Source: Octopus sinensis (lineage: Eukaryota). From it: a DNA stretch of 64,000 nucleotides. How positions within the stretch are numbered: position 1 is the first letter of the stretch; the number at the start of each line of letters is the position of its first letter. This document shows, one piece after another, positions 11,950 through 25,860 of this stretch. The notes under the pieces were generated by a model. The model saw only the letters and a list, made by a program, of their open reading frames with translations, was not told where the DNA came from and did not search any database. Position numbers and translations under genes: made by a program. The stretch lies in assembly GCF_006345805.1 (NCBI RefSeq), contig NC_043000.1, positions 41,292,001 through 41,356,000 on the forward strand, written 5' to 3'.

Positions 11950-12511
11950 CACCACACACACACACATACACACACGCCTGTGCCCATATCCTGGCTGTCG
12001 ACTCAGTCTCGGTCATGAATTTGTAAAGGCCAATTTCAGCAGTTGTCCTTTATCAGTTTTGTAAAACTTTTCTACGACGAGTCTTGACATCACTCTACAA
12101 CCCCGACTTGTTTTTTCAAGTATTTTTTTTTCTTTATAAATGTCGCTCGCAATTTGGTCAGGGACATCAGCAACAGTGACTGCACCATTGTACATTGGTT
12201 TAAAATGTATTTTGAACCCTATGAACATATGTGCACCCCGCTGAGCATGGAGGACATTATTGCTCAAGAGAAGCTATATGCACATAAACACTATGTATAG
12301 CTCTCTTGTCATGTGGTCTTTCAAGGTTAACAAAACACAAGCACACACACACGCTTATACACATGCACATAAAACACACAGAGACACCATCACTTATATA
12401 TATGTTTGTGAGTGTGTGTTCGTGTATATATATGTGTATACATATGCATGAGCGTATATGTGTATATACATATACATGTATATGTATATGTATGTAAATG
12501 TATACATACTT

Positions 12512-12545
<34 letters not shown>

Positions 12546-12824
12546 TGTATGTATGTATGTATGTATGTATATATATATTGTGTGTGTATGATAGAGGTTT
12601 GCCTCTGCCATTAGATAACTAGAAGTAGTTTTATTGCTTTCCTAATGTCCATATTTAATCACAATACCTTTTTATTACTTTTTAATGGGGTTATAAAGAA
12701 ACAGTTAAATGGAATGAAGTTAATAAAGTTTTAAAACCACATACACTCATAAGCACAGACATGTTCTCATCATATATATGTACATCTATGTATGTGTGCG
12801 TGAGCGTATGTGTGCCTATATATG

Positions 12825-12873
<49 letters not shown>

Positions 12874-13373
12874 ATATATATATACATGCATGTATGTATG
12901 TATTTAAATATTTACATTTGTTTTTCTAGTTTTAGCAAGTGTGACAGTTACGCTGGACCACCACCTATGGTACTGCTACTAACATTGCAATCTCCTTTTG
13001 TCTTCTTGTGAATAATGTAGATTAATACTTCCACCCACTTGTCCCTTCAGTTGATATTGGTTCATCTGAGTTCTCAGATTTTAGGATATCCAAGTGTTTA
13101 TGGAATACATTTGCCTCCACTCCATTTATACTTCTCAAGTCCTATGCCCAAGATTAGAAAGGCACGTGCCGTTTAATACAAGCTAATGCTTGTCTCTACC
13201 TGAGCTTTTGCTGTGGTGAGTGTGTAATTCCTTTGGGTATATGCAGTGACAAACATTTAAGTAACTGTTATAGTTCCCAATTCTGAAGTTTGATGCTAGC
13301 TCTTCAATGATCCCATCCATCTATTCATCCATCCATCCATCAATACATACATACATGCATGCATGCATGCATG

Positions 13374-13401
<28 letters not shown>

Positions 13402-13404
<3 letters not shown>

Positions 13405-13606
13405 TTCTTTACTGCCTACAAGGGGCTACATACAGAAGGGACAAACAAGGACAGACAAACGGATTAAGTCGATTACATCGACCCCAGTGCATAACTGGTA
13501 CTTAATTTATCGACTCCGAGAAGATGAAAGGCAAAGTCGACCTCGGCTGAATTTGAACTAAGAACGTAGCGGCAGACGAAATACCGCTAAGCATTTCGCC
13601 CGGCGT
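13402..13606 (-). mobile_element. SINE family A, 5'-truncated
   Basis: Near-identical to 6684-6890. Confidence 0.9.
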
Positions 13607-15094
13607 ATGAAGTAGCATCAGCCGACTGATTAGATTAAAACGCATTTGGTTAGTGTCTTGGATAAACATGGCTTATATAAACGTAAAGGAGGAGTTTTAT
13701 AGAAAATATTGTTAAAACTCAAAAGCACTACAGGAACATAATTCAAAGATGCCCAGGCATTTAAGTAATGAGATGAAGTGAACTGATTAGCAAATACAAT
13801 CCTTATTTATTGAAACTTCTCTTTAAGAACGAAAAGAAAAAGAAAAATCAACAGAAATTTAGTAACTTCGTAGGAGAAGGGGAGATAATTTACGAACTTA
13901 AAATCCAAAATTGAATTAACATGTCAGTGGCTCATTTGTGTTATTTTCTCTTATATTGCTTTGCTTTATATTTGCACTTTACTCTTGTACTAAACATTTT
14001 CATAAGTCTTAAAATTTTAAACCAGGTCTAGACACGAAGTTGCATACACTATGTTGACGATGTAAAATCACGACCGAAGCTATATGTCCATAGATGTCCT
14101 TTGCCTCCAAGCAAATTTGTTTCCCTAAATTCTATTATGATATTGTTCTTGGTTTCTTGATATTACCTCCCCTTTCTCTTCAGAGTTGCTAGCAATTGCT
14201 ACTAAGACATTGTTTTCTTTCTCTTTCTTGTGTGTTATGTACGACATTCAATAAAACTCTCTCAACTTTATATATATCTTTATATACATATGTATACTTA
14301 AATACATATATCGACACAAATATTCATACACATAGACATAGACATTTATTGACTCTTATGTATATGTGAGTCTGCGTATGTATATACAGAGCATATAGAT
14401 GTGTTATTCTGCGTATGTGTCACTCTCACACTGTAATTTGAGCTTTTAATAAATATATATTTGCTTCGAACAGAAGTATCAGCCACTATGAATATTTATT
14501 AAAACTAAAAAGCAAATATTAACACACTGATTCAGCAACCTATGACAAAATTGAGCCACTTAGTGATTGTTCAAAGAAACAGAATGTTAAGATTCAAATA
14601 TATTTAAAATCGGCAGTAACATCATCTTCAATATAATTTGACTGGAAATGAAGAGTGACCCTCAAAGTACGAGAAATAACATCTAAATCTTCCTCAAATC
14701 ACACATTTCAGGTGGAACAACATGATTACTACGGTTGGAATTCCTTATGGTGGACTAACTCTTTATTAAGAGACCAAAATCAGGTGATATAAACACTCAG
14801 CTTCAAATAGACACACTTGCAACTGATCAAAACGATGTCCGTCAAGTGGAAATTGATAAAAAGTAATCGACATAGTAACGATAAAACAAGACAGAAAAAC
14901 ATAATAACTGAATTGTATTAAAGCGAGACTTTCAAAACCAGACATATACAACACAATCATTTGCACTATAATATACACGTAGAAAGAACGCTACGTGGCT
15001 ATCGAAACATATTTGGTACCAAAGGAAAAGTTATTTATAAAATGAGCAACACTGCGATTCCCTATATAAACATCTATGCATTTCACACAACTCA

Positions 15095-17970
15095 TTTTCT
15101 AAAATCTTGATGAAAATTTTCAAAAAATTTTCGAAAATTTTGAAAAAAAGTTTTTTGAGAAGATTTTCGAAAATTTTTTGGAAATTTTCATCAAAATTTT
15201 CGATAATCTTCTGAAAAAACTTTTTTTCAAAATTTTCGAAAAGTTTTATGATAATTTTCTATAAAATTTTTGAAAATTTCTTTGAAAATTTTCATCAAAA
15301 TTTTTGAAGTTTTTTGAAGCTTTTCACCAACATTTTGATAAATTTTCAAAAAACTTTTCAAAAATTTTGAGGAAAATTTTCGAAAAACTTTCAAAAGTCT
15401 TGAAGAAAATTTTCAAAAATTTTTGAAAGCTTTGCCAAGATTTCCATCAAAAGTTTAGAAAAGTTTTTTGAAAATTTTCATCAAAATTTTTGAAACTTTT
15501 TGGGAAATTTTCATCAAAATTAAAAAAAAATTTTGGAAAGGTTTTTGAAAATTTTCATCAAAATTTTTGAGACGTTTTTTGAAAAGTATTTTGAAAATTT
15601 TCATCAAAATTTTGAAATGTTTTTTGAAAATTTTCATCAAAATTTTTGAAATGTGTTTTGAAAATTTTCATCAAAATTTTTGAAAAGTTTTTTGAAAATT
15701 TCGATCAAAATTTTTGAAAAGATTTTTGAAAATTTCCATCAAAATTTTAAAAAATTTTTCTGAAAATTTTCATCCACAACTTTGAAAAGTTATAAAATTT
15801 TCATCAAAATTTTTGAAAGTCTTTCGAAAATTTTCACCAAAACTTCTGAAAAGATTTCTGAAAATTTTCAGGAAAATTTTCGAAATGTTTTTCGCAAATT
15901 TACTTGAAAATTCTTGAAAATTTTCAAGAAAATGTTTGAAAAGTTCTTTGAAAATTACCATCAAAATACTCGAAAATTTTCATCAAAATTATAAAAAAGT
16001 GTTTTGAAAAATTATCACGAATTTTGATGAAAATTCTCAAAAAACCTTTCAAAAGTTTTGATGAAAATTCTCAAAAAACCTTTCAAAAGTTTTGATGAAA
16101 ATCCTCAAAAAACCTTTCAAAAGTTTTGATGAAAATTTTGACGAAAATTTTCAAATTTTTGAAACTTTTCATCGAAATTTTTGAAACTTTTTCTGAAACA
16201 TTTTGAAACGTTTTTTGAAAATTTTCATCAAAATATTTGAAAAGTTTTTTGAAAATATCCATCAAAATTTTTTTAAAGTTTTCTGAAAATATTCATGAAA
16301 ATTTTTGAAACTTTTCATCAAAATGTTTGAAAAATTTTTGGAAAATGTTCAGCAAAATTTTAGAAAAGTCTTTTGAAATTTTTCGTCCAAATTTTTGAAA
16401 AGTTTTTTGATAATTTTCTATAAAATTTTTGAAAATTTCTTTGAAAATGTTCTTCAAAATTTTTGAAGTTTTTGAAGCTTTTCATCAACATTTTGATAAA
16501 TTTTCAGAAAACTTTTCAAAAATTTTGACGAAAATTTTCAAAGAAATTTTCAAAAACTTTATAGAAAATTATCAAAAATCCTTTCAAAAATTTTTGAAAG
16601 CTTTGCCAAAATTTTCATCAAAATTTTAGAAAAGGTTTTTGAAAATTTTCATCAAAATTTTGAAACGTTTTTGAATATTTTCATCAAAATTTTTGAAATG
16701 TGTTTTGAAAATTTTCCTCAAAATTTTAGAAAAGTTTTTTGAAAATTTTCATCAAAATTTTTGAAACGTTTTTTGAAAAGTATTTTGAAAATTTTCATCA
16801 AAATTTTGAAACGTATTTTTGAATATTTTCATCAAAATTTTTGAAATGTGTTTTGAAAATTTTCATCAAAATTTTAGAAAAGTTTTTTGAAAATTTTCAT
16901 CAAAATTTTTGAAACGTTTTTTGAAAAGTATTTTGAAAATTTTCATCAAAATTTTGAAACGTTTTTTGAATATTTTCATCAAAATTTTTGAAATACTTAA
17001 GACATGCGCATCATTTCATAAACGGATTGAACTGACAAAGAGATCAAATGGTGGTAACATTGAACTGAAGTAGGTACTAAACACTCCACAATAAGTTGGC
17101 ATAAATATAAAATTTGCAGTGTTTGAGTTTCCGAGTTATACCAATTATAATAAAAATATTTAAATGGTCTCAATTTACCTGTTACACCCTGTGTGTATGT
17201 ATGTATGTATGTATGTATTTGATGGACATTTGATGGACATTTTCAAAAAATTTTCCAATATTTTAACGAAGATTTTCATGAAACTTTTCAAACATTTTGA
17301 TGAAAGGTTTCAAAGATTTTCATGAATATTTTCAGAAAACTTTTCAAAAATTTTGATGGATATTTTCAAAAGACTTTTCAAATATTTTGATGAAAATTTT
17401 CAAAAATCGTTTCAAAAAGTTTCAGAAAAAGTTTCAAAAATTTCGATGAAAAGTTTCAAAAATTTCGATGAAAAGTTTCAAAACTTTGAAAATTTTCATC
17501 AAAAGTTCAAAGAATTTTCTCAAAATTTTCATCAAAATTTTGAAAGGGTTTTTGAGAATTTTCATCAAAATTCGTGATAATTTTTCAAAACTTTTGATGA
17601 AAATTTTCAAAAAACTTTCCAAAATTTTGATGAAAATTTTGATGAAAGTTTTCAAAAACCTTTTCAAATGTTTTGATGAAAATTTTCAAAAAACTTTTCA
17701 AACATTTTCATGAAAATTTTGAAAATTTTCAAGAAAATTTGCGAAAAACATTTCGAAAATTTTCCTGAAAATTTTCAGAAATATTTTCAAAAATTTTCAT
17801 GAAAATTTTCAAAACTTTTCAAGAAAATTTGCGAAAAACATTTCCAAAATTTTGATGAAAATTTTCAGAAATATTTTTCAAAAATTTTGATGAAAATTTT
17901 CAGAAATATTTTTCAAAAATTTTGATGAAAATTTTCAAGTCTTTTGAAAATTTTCATCAAAATTTTCATC
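15095..17970. repeat. AT-rich ~22-bp satellite (GAAAATTTTCATCAAAATTTTT) arranged as a foldback with a ~225-bp spacer
   Basis: Left arm 15095-16993 is mostly ...TTCATCAAAA...; right arm 17221-17970 is mostly ...TTTTGATGAA.... Diagnostic variant blocks recur in mirror order. Confidence 0.9.
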
Positions 17971-17978
17971 ACACACAT

Positions 17979-18011
<33 letters not shown>

Positions 18012-18057
18012 CACACAAGTACGTACATGCACGCATACATACATACATGCATACATA

Positions 18058-18107
18058 CAGATAGATAGATATGTTGATAGATAGATAGGTAGATGGATAG
18101 ATAGATG

Positions 18108-18144
<37 letters not shown>

Positions 18145-18145
18145 G

Positions 18146-18209
<64 letters not shown>

Positions 18210-18225
18210 CAGATGATAGATAGAT
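18058..18225. repeat. (AGAT)n microsatellite
   Basis: Seen directly. Confidence 0.95.
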
Positions 18226-19229
18226 GAAGAGAGAGGGAGTGAAAGAAAGAGAGAGCAAGAGAGTGAAAGAGAAACCTAGTTCTACAAGCGTATATAAACC
18301 CTTCTATACACGTATATATTAACACCTACTGAAAATCATTAGTACGTGTTGTTATTTTCTCTTGCTTGACTTTACTGATTGCTGTTGTTACTGATGCTGT
18401 TGCTGGTGTTGTAAATCATGGGAGGTGTCACAATATTTGCTGACATACGAATGGATGTTCGCAAGAAAAGGAAATCAATAACAAAGAAATATATATAAAT
18501 AAGACCCATAGCGATGTAAGGAAGAGAAAGAGGGCGGAAGAGAAAATTGGGCAAACGAAAGGGGACAAATCAAGAAGGGGACGAAAGAAAGGAAGAGAGG
18601 AAGAAGGAGAAGAGAGATGCTAAGACACAGTGACAGCTAGCCAGCGTCCCAACACATCAGACATCTAGTCAGCCTGCCGCCAAATAGAAACGAATGAATC
18701 ATAAACAAATCACCATTATCACTACCAACGCTAACACCTCCAGCAACATCAACACATTCGCCCCATAACCCCCGTCAACACCACCGACACCACCACCATT
18801 ATCGTCGTCATCATCAATAGCAGCAGCAGCAGCAGTAGCTGCAATAGCAACAGTAGCAGCACGCTCACTACGACCTCAACTATCACCACTGCAACCACCA
18901 CCAGCTAATTCGTATATGACTTATGAGAGGCTGGCATGGACTGGAGTGTCGGGTGGTAACGGTGTGAAAACGGGTGATATCTATAACAATGTCAGTGTTA
19001 AACTTTCGTCCGTGCCCCACTCGTCTTTCCGCCGTCTCCGTTCCCCACTTTCGAACACGAATACCACTATCCTCCAATTTCCTCTCACCTCAATGTTTTC
19101 CATCTAACTACTACCACCACCACCACCACCGATACCATCGTAGTCGCTGTACTTGCTAGAAATGACAGCTAATTGTTTCTCAACTATCTATCGTTAATGT
19201 GCTCTCAAATATTGTATCTAAACCAGGCG

Positions 19230-19420
19230 CAAGGACAGCGAATTTGAAAAGAGACTAGTTGGTTATATCAAGCCCTAGTAATGAAATGATATATCATTTT
19301 ATCGCCCCCGAAATTATGAAAAGTGAAGTTCACTTCGGTGGGATTTGAACTCAGAACATAAAGAACCAGAAAACCACAAGGCATTTATTCCGGTCCTCTA
19401 ACGATTCTGCCAATCCACTC
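19230..19420 (-). mobile_element. SINE family A, decayed
   Basis: TTTTATCGCCCCCGAAATTATGAAAAGTGAAGTTCACTTCGGTGGGATTTGAACTCAGAAC. Confidence 0.7.
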
Positions 19421-19517
19421 TCTAATCAGGGCCATCTGATTATTAGCCCTTGACAAAATCAATGTACTGGACCCATTAGTATTTATTTATTGACAGCAAG
19501 CCACAGAATACATAGAT

Positions 19518-19887
19518 AACAAGAGCACTTAGAGAGCGTAAACCTCCGCCTAGGCAACACCAACGTCCTCTCAACGATTAGCCGGAGATGATTTTTAAAA
19601 TGAGAATATCTGAAATAAACTCAACTGCTCTTACAAACGAGAATACTGAAAATTAATCCGACCGCTCTCAAAAATTAAGTAACAAAAAAAAAAGAAAAGA
19701 AAAATAATCTAGAATTCTTGTCCGGTACTGGATCGATCCTAAAATCTAATCGCTTCGTGCCAGTAACAAGGCCAAACATCTCTAAAAGTTTCATCCGAAT
19801 CCATCCAGCGGTTGCTGAGATATCTTGTCCACAGACAAACAAACACGACTGAAAACAACACGTCTGCCTTCACTAAGGCGGAGGTAA
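19518..19887 (+). mobile_element. Helentron-associated / pearl-like non-autonomous element (HINE)
   Basis: 5' AACAAGAGCAC..ACCTCCGCC and its inverted partner GGCGGAGGT at 19877-19885; 3' hairpin CTGCCTT-CACT-AAGGCGG; AAGTTTCATCCGAATCC and ACAGACAAACAAAC motifs typical of the family. Confidence 0.75.
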
Positions 19888-20519
19888 AAATTGGGCCCCT
19901 AGATACGTGAGCTCCATCCACTGGGTAACTCCTCAGTGTATTCAAACCTTAAGCCGCACTGTTTCTAATATACAGAAAAAAGCTGGTATGAATGCTCTTG
20001 CTGGATTATTCTTGGTCATAGAGTTGCTAAATAAAGTCTCATATGCGGCTTAAACAGCTATCTTAAAATTAGGGATGATATTAGACAATTAACCCTAGAG
20101 TCTTCAAAAATATCAGAAATGGTAGTCGTAGCTGATGTACCTTTGATCATAAGTGTTCTGGTATGAAACTGAACAGGGGCTAAGCAACAACAATAATGCA
20201 GCTTTCCCCGCCACAACTAATTCAGCTGTATCACCACCACCACCACCACCACCACCACCACCATTGCTACTACTCTCTAGCTCAAAACTATCAACACTTC
20301 TACCTTTGGAACATAACACCATTGTCACCATTACGACTACTATCGCCATCGCCGGAACAGCGACCATTTAACATAGTGTTTCTTAAACATTTTTGTCTAT
20401 GAATTCCTTTGACTCCAATTTTATTAGGGTGGACTTTTATACTCATTCCATGTGTAAAATATCCTGTTATACTTTATAAAGAAATATTAGAAATTGTATA
20501 AGAAGATTATTAAGATATT

Positions 20520-21080
<561 letters not shown>

Positions 21081-22588
21081 GCAATTTATGGCACATAAAC
21101 TTCAATTCGCAAAATCTTATATGACCCTGCCAAGGGTCATAGGATTCCCGGTTTGGAACCACTTATCTAACACTACTCTATGTCTGTCACCAGTCATGGA
21201 TAATGTGCAGCCTGCGGGAATTTCTGAATGGTACGCCTAATGAAAAATTACCTTGAATTTTCTAAGCCTGCCTGATGATGAGTCATGTCTCATGCAAACT
21301 GCTTTTCGAAAAGATTGCGGATCTAGTCTTTCTCATTCACAAAATGAACCCCACTTAATTTTACTCAGATTGCTTTCAATTTCGGTGCATCGATGCAACT
21401 ATGAATTTTTATTATGATCAACCAATTATTTTATCTCGTAGATTAAAGAATCTGATGTTATTTGGAATTAAAGTTGGGAAACTTGGGTAATTTTAGCCAG
21501 TCAACAGACAGTGTGGCACTTGCAGCTTGTTACCACGACAACCGCATTCTGTGTTATGGTTTGCTGTTGTCTGTGACGCTGTTGTCTATGTTGATTTTTC
21601 ACGCTTAGTATTTTTACATATTTTTCATTTCATATATTTCTGGGACTAATTAACTCAGATAGCTGGATTTCACTTGGTTAATTCTATTCATAAAAATTTG
21701 AATTAGGAGTATTTCTGAAACCGTTAGCTTCACATTTCAACAGCTTAACTGAAATTTAGCACACGTAACCGTAACTGAGAGGGATATCGTGGAACAGAGA
21801 AACTGTGGGTGATACAGATAATTTGACATTATTTTTCAATTCTGCATGCAAAAATTTCCTTGGGACAAATTCCTTGTTGACTAGTGTTATTCTTATCGTA
21901 GTTTACAAATCCAAGCATGAAAACGTTACTCACCTTTGGAGCTTTGGAGCAGAAGCTTCCTTTTCACACACACACACACACACACGCATGCACTTTATAT
22001 CAATGATGTACATAAATACATGGCAGGTATACATAATAATGAAATACGCATAAAGTAAACACATGCAGACAAATATATTAATATACCAAATTTTTAAAAA
22101 AATGATAAAAACATACAATCAATGAAGAGACAAAAGAAACAGTAAGATGATAAGTGTTGATTTTCTTTGGTATCTCTGTTTATTTAGAAACCTATAATGA
22201 ACAGGTCAGACGCTAAACTAAAAGAAACTCCACAGGGTACAACCTTAAAGTTGATACTGGTCCACTAAACGCAGAAAATTTCTATCTCGCTATTGGCTAA
22301 CAATACACAGTTTTTTCGATTTTAAAACCTCTGTAACTTTTTTTTTCAATTTTTTCTCCGCTTCATACTTTCAAAGCAATAAGACTGGAAGGCTACATTA
22401 TTATAGCCGATTTTCAGATATTTTTCTTCCTTTTAAAAATGCATATTATGCGAATGAAAAAATTCTAGATCCAGATTGCTCATGTCCAGTGACGTCTTAA
22501 GATGAAGGCACACTGAGCAGTTGCCCAGAGGCTTCACAATTCTAGGAGGCCCAACTTTCATCAAAGTAGCTTGCTGTCAATAAACGTA

Positions 22589-22639
<51 letters not shown>

Positions 22640-22660
22640 GTGTGTGTGTGTGTGTGTGTG

Positions 22661-22705
<45 letters not shown>

Positions 22706-22989
22706 TGTGTGTGTGTATGTATGTATGTGTGTGTGTGTGCCTATAATTCCTTTAAGACGGCTCTGTCATGCCCAGTCTATCACTTTCAACGTTGCTAACA
22801 GTGCTAGAAATAAGCTGCCAAATCTCCATCAAATCACGACCCGTACTATCTTGTAAAAGAGGTTCAATTCAATGCAGGGTACCCCTAAAAAGATGGTCAT
22901 TCATAGCTGATGTGCTTTTGAGCATAGGCCAACTGGGGGATTGAACTGAAGGGAAAGATCAACAAGACTCCACCAATACAGCTATAATC

Positions 22990-23414
22990 CATGCCACTAT
23001 CGCCACCATAACTCACACAAACACCACCACCTCTATTAATCATACTACCACTACCAATACAAGCACCACCACCGACACCAACAATACATCTCTCAGCACC
23101 GTCCCCACCACTCGCATTGTGCCATCATCCACTCCAACATCCCCGCCAACAAACATTCACGCCACTGTCACAATACCATCGCACACACCAGCAGCACTGA
23201 CTCATACCACTACTCACAATATCACTACCACCACTCACAACCAACTCCACCACAACCACACAGCATCACTACCACCACCACCACAACCACCACCACTACC
23301 ACCCAGACGGCTATGTAAATAAATCATAGACTCCTCTCGTGAATGGAGACAGACGCACAGCAAGACAGAAATATCCAACAGGGAGGCATACAAAGTCGCA
23401 AAGCACACACACAC

Positions 23415-23460
<46 letters not shown>

Positions 23461-24150
23461 ATATTGTAAACCACGTAAACGCATATTGATACACATTTAG
23501 GCGCTAACAGACACCACCCTCGGCATCGTCAACATCATCTACATCACTAGCACCACGGCTGGTAACCACCAACACCACCATCATCAATACTACCACTGCC
23601 CCCATAGCCAAAACGACTAACACCACTACCGCCGCCACTAACCGTTGTCACCATCACCAGTACCACTACTAACAACCACCAATACCACTGCTAAAACCAC
23701 CAATACCAGCACTGCAATCATTATCACTGCTACCACCACAATCCCTGTCAGCACCACCACCACCACCACAACTCATACCCATACCATTCCTACCATCATC
23801 AACGCCAACAGAGACACCACAACATTCACAACTATTAATCTCATCACTACCCTCCCCATCACCAATGCTAAGCATCACTAACACCACCACCACACACACA
23901 TGCCATCTCCCACATCACCACCAACATAGCAACACCACCACCACCACCATGACCAACATCACACGCTGCACGCAGATACACACGTATACAAAAACACGCA
24001 CGCGTACACACACATACACACAGACACACACAACCGATAACACTGCTTATTCCCCAGCCACCACAGCCAACACTATCACACATATATCGTCAGTGTCCCC
24101 ATCACAACCCCTACCACCAACACAACCACCGCCAAGCCACAGACAAGCCC
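22990..24150. repeat. Cryptic (CAC/ACC)-rich low-complexity tract
   Basis: Degenerate CAC/CAA/CAT triplets interleaved with (CA)n. Confidence 0.85.
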
Positions 24151-24330
24151 TCTCAACATGAGAAGTACGAATACATTGCTAGGAAACCAAGGTACATATG
24201 AATGACACGTGCCCGGTTCACGCGTTGACAATGGAAATATAGCTGGTGGTAGTGGTGGTGTTAATAGTGATGGTATTGTTTGATGGGTGACTACATTTGG
24301 CTGTTAATTACTACTGTTATTGCTGCTGTT

Positions 24331-24549
24331 AAGGCGGCGAGCTGACAGAATCGCTAGCATGCCGGACTAAATGCTTAGCGGCATTTCGTCCACCCTTACG
24401 TTCTGAGTTCAAATTCCACCGAGGTCAACTTTGATTTCATCCTTTCTGGGTTGATAAAATAAGTACCAGTTGAGTACTGGAGTCGACGTATTCGACTCGT
24501 CCTTTCCCCTGAAATTACTGGCTTTGTGCCAAAATTTGAAGCCATTCTT
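24331..24549 (+). mobile_element. SINE family A
   Basis: AAGGCGGCGAGCTGACAGAATCGCTAGC head and core module. Confidence 0.88.
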
Positions 24550-24693
24550 GCTGATACTTATCCTCTTTTCGTTCGTCATTACGTTCTCCCAGGAACTACT
24601 GGCGTTGTGCCAAAATTTGGAACCAGTTATCATTATCAACATCATTTATATTATTATCATTATGTGTTGTTGTTGTTGTTGTTGTTGTTGTTA

Positions 24694-24750
<57 letters not shown>

Positions 24751-25190
24751 GAGCGAGAGAGCTGTGCATGCTATCAAAAAGAGACTGTGGTAAAATATAC
24801 GAAGCCTAGTATACCCATCATGACTACCCGTCTGATAAGGGTACACCAGGCACATGTATCACACTCATATGCTCGCGCCTTATTGATCTCATATCAAGAT
24901 AAACAGCGCATGACCTTGCAGGTGGAGTCCAGTTACAATTTTCTCCTGGTCAAGTACCCCATTCCGCTCAAAAGCGGACTAAGAGTTATTTAGGGACCCC
25001 CGACTACTTCTGCTCGTTCTCAGCGATGCACATAGCGTCAGCTACTAAGAGGCATGCTCAAATGGTTAAGGTCAAGCAACTGACAAGCAGATCGGTGGTA
25101 TTGAGCAGGATACTTACTGTAGCGCGTCTTTTATACCAGGACAAAACAATGTGCATGATAACACTTTCTGTCAGTTACGAGCAGAAGCTC
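24751..25190 (-). mobile_element. Probable 3' end of a non-LTR retroelement terminating in (AAT)n
   Basis: Complex non-coding sequence whose minus strand ends ...CTCTCTCGCTC followed by the (AAT)n at 24696-24750. No ORF recognised. Confidence 0.4.
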
Positions 25191-25250
25191 CGGACAGATC
25201 AAAGCTTTGTGTGTCGATTTGAGAAAAGGAAACTGAAGAAAATGTCGTGA

Positions 25251-25580
25251 CACCCTTCGGTCATGACTGACCGTGGGATTGCACCTAGAAAGTTACCCTC
25301 CCAGGCACAAGTCCGGGCAAGGTTGTTTATGGAAGATCAGCAGTCGCCCATGCATGCCGGCTTCCCCTCTCCACGCCACCAGTGTGATCCAAGGGAAAGG
25401 CAACAGCCGATACAGCTTGGCACCTGTGACGTCGCAACTCATTTCTACAGCTGAGTGAACTGGAGCAACGTGAAATAAAGTGTCTTGCCCAAGAACACAA
25501 CATGCAGCCCGGTCCGGGATTCGAACTCACAGCCTCACGAACGTAAGCTCGACGCTCTAACCACTGAGCCATGCGCCTTC
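25251..25580 (-). mobile_element. SINE family D (tRNA head, CTTGGGCAAGACACTT box)
   Basis: Minus: GGCTCAGTGGTTAGAGCG A box, GAGTTCGAATCCC B box, CACTCAGCTGTAGAAATGAGT. Related copies at 48950 and 53205. Confidence 0.85.
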
Positions 25581-25641
25581 ACACACACACACACACATAT
25601 ATAGAGAGACAGACAGACAGACAGACAGATAGATAGATAGG

Positions 25642-25673
<32 letters not shown>

Positions 25674-25808
25674 CCGATAGGATAAGTACCAAGCCTAAAA
25701 ATAAGGACTGGAAGAGATTTTTTTTACTAAAACCTTCAAGGTGGTAAGGTGGCTCACCAGTATGGCCGCAGTCCAATGATGGGAACAAGCAAAACATTAT
25801 ATATATAT

Positions 25809-25856
<48 letters not shown>

Positions 25857-25860
<4 letters not shown>

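Noticed and set aside
15455-17713. K/I/F/E/N-rich ORFs (MMKIFKK..., MMDIFKK...)
   Set aside because: These are stop-poor reading frames of the 22-bp satellite on both strands. They were useful only to show the mirror symmetry.
21268-21320. CTGATGA-TGAG tcatgt CTCA-TGCAAAC hammerhead-like string
   Set aside because: No GAAA in register and no stem I or III.
21934-21959. Second candidate minus-strand exon ending AAG|GTGAGT
   Set aside because: The donor is good, but the acceptor lacks a pyrimidine tract (TG repeat then AAAAG) and the length is 26 nt. Insufficient support.
25500-25580. tRNA-like sequences here and at 8941, 43750, 49688 and 55668
   Set aside because: They have A and B boxes but no acceptor stem and continue into SINE bodies, so they are SINE heads and not tRNA genes.
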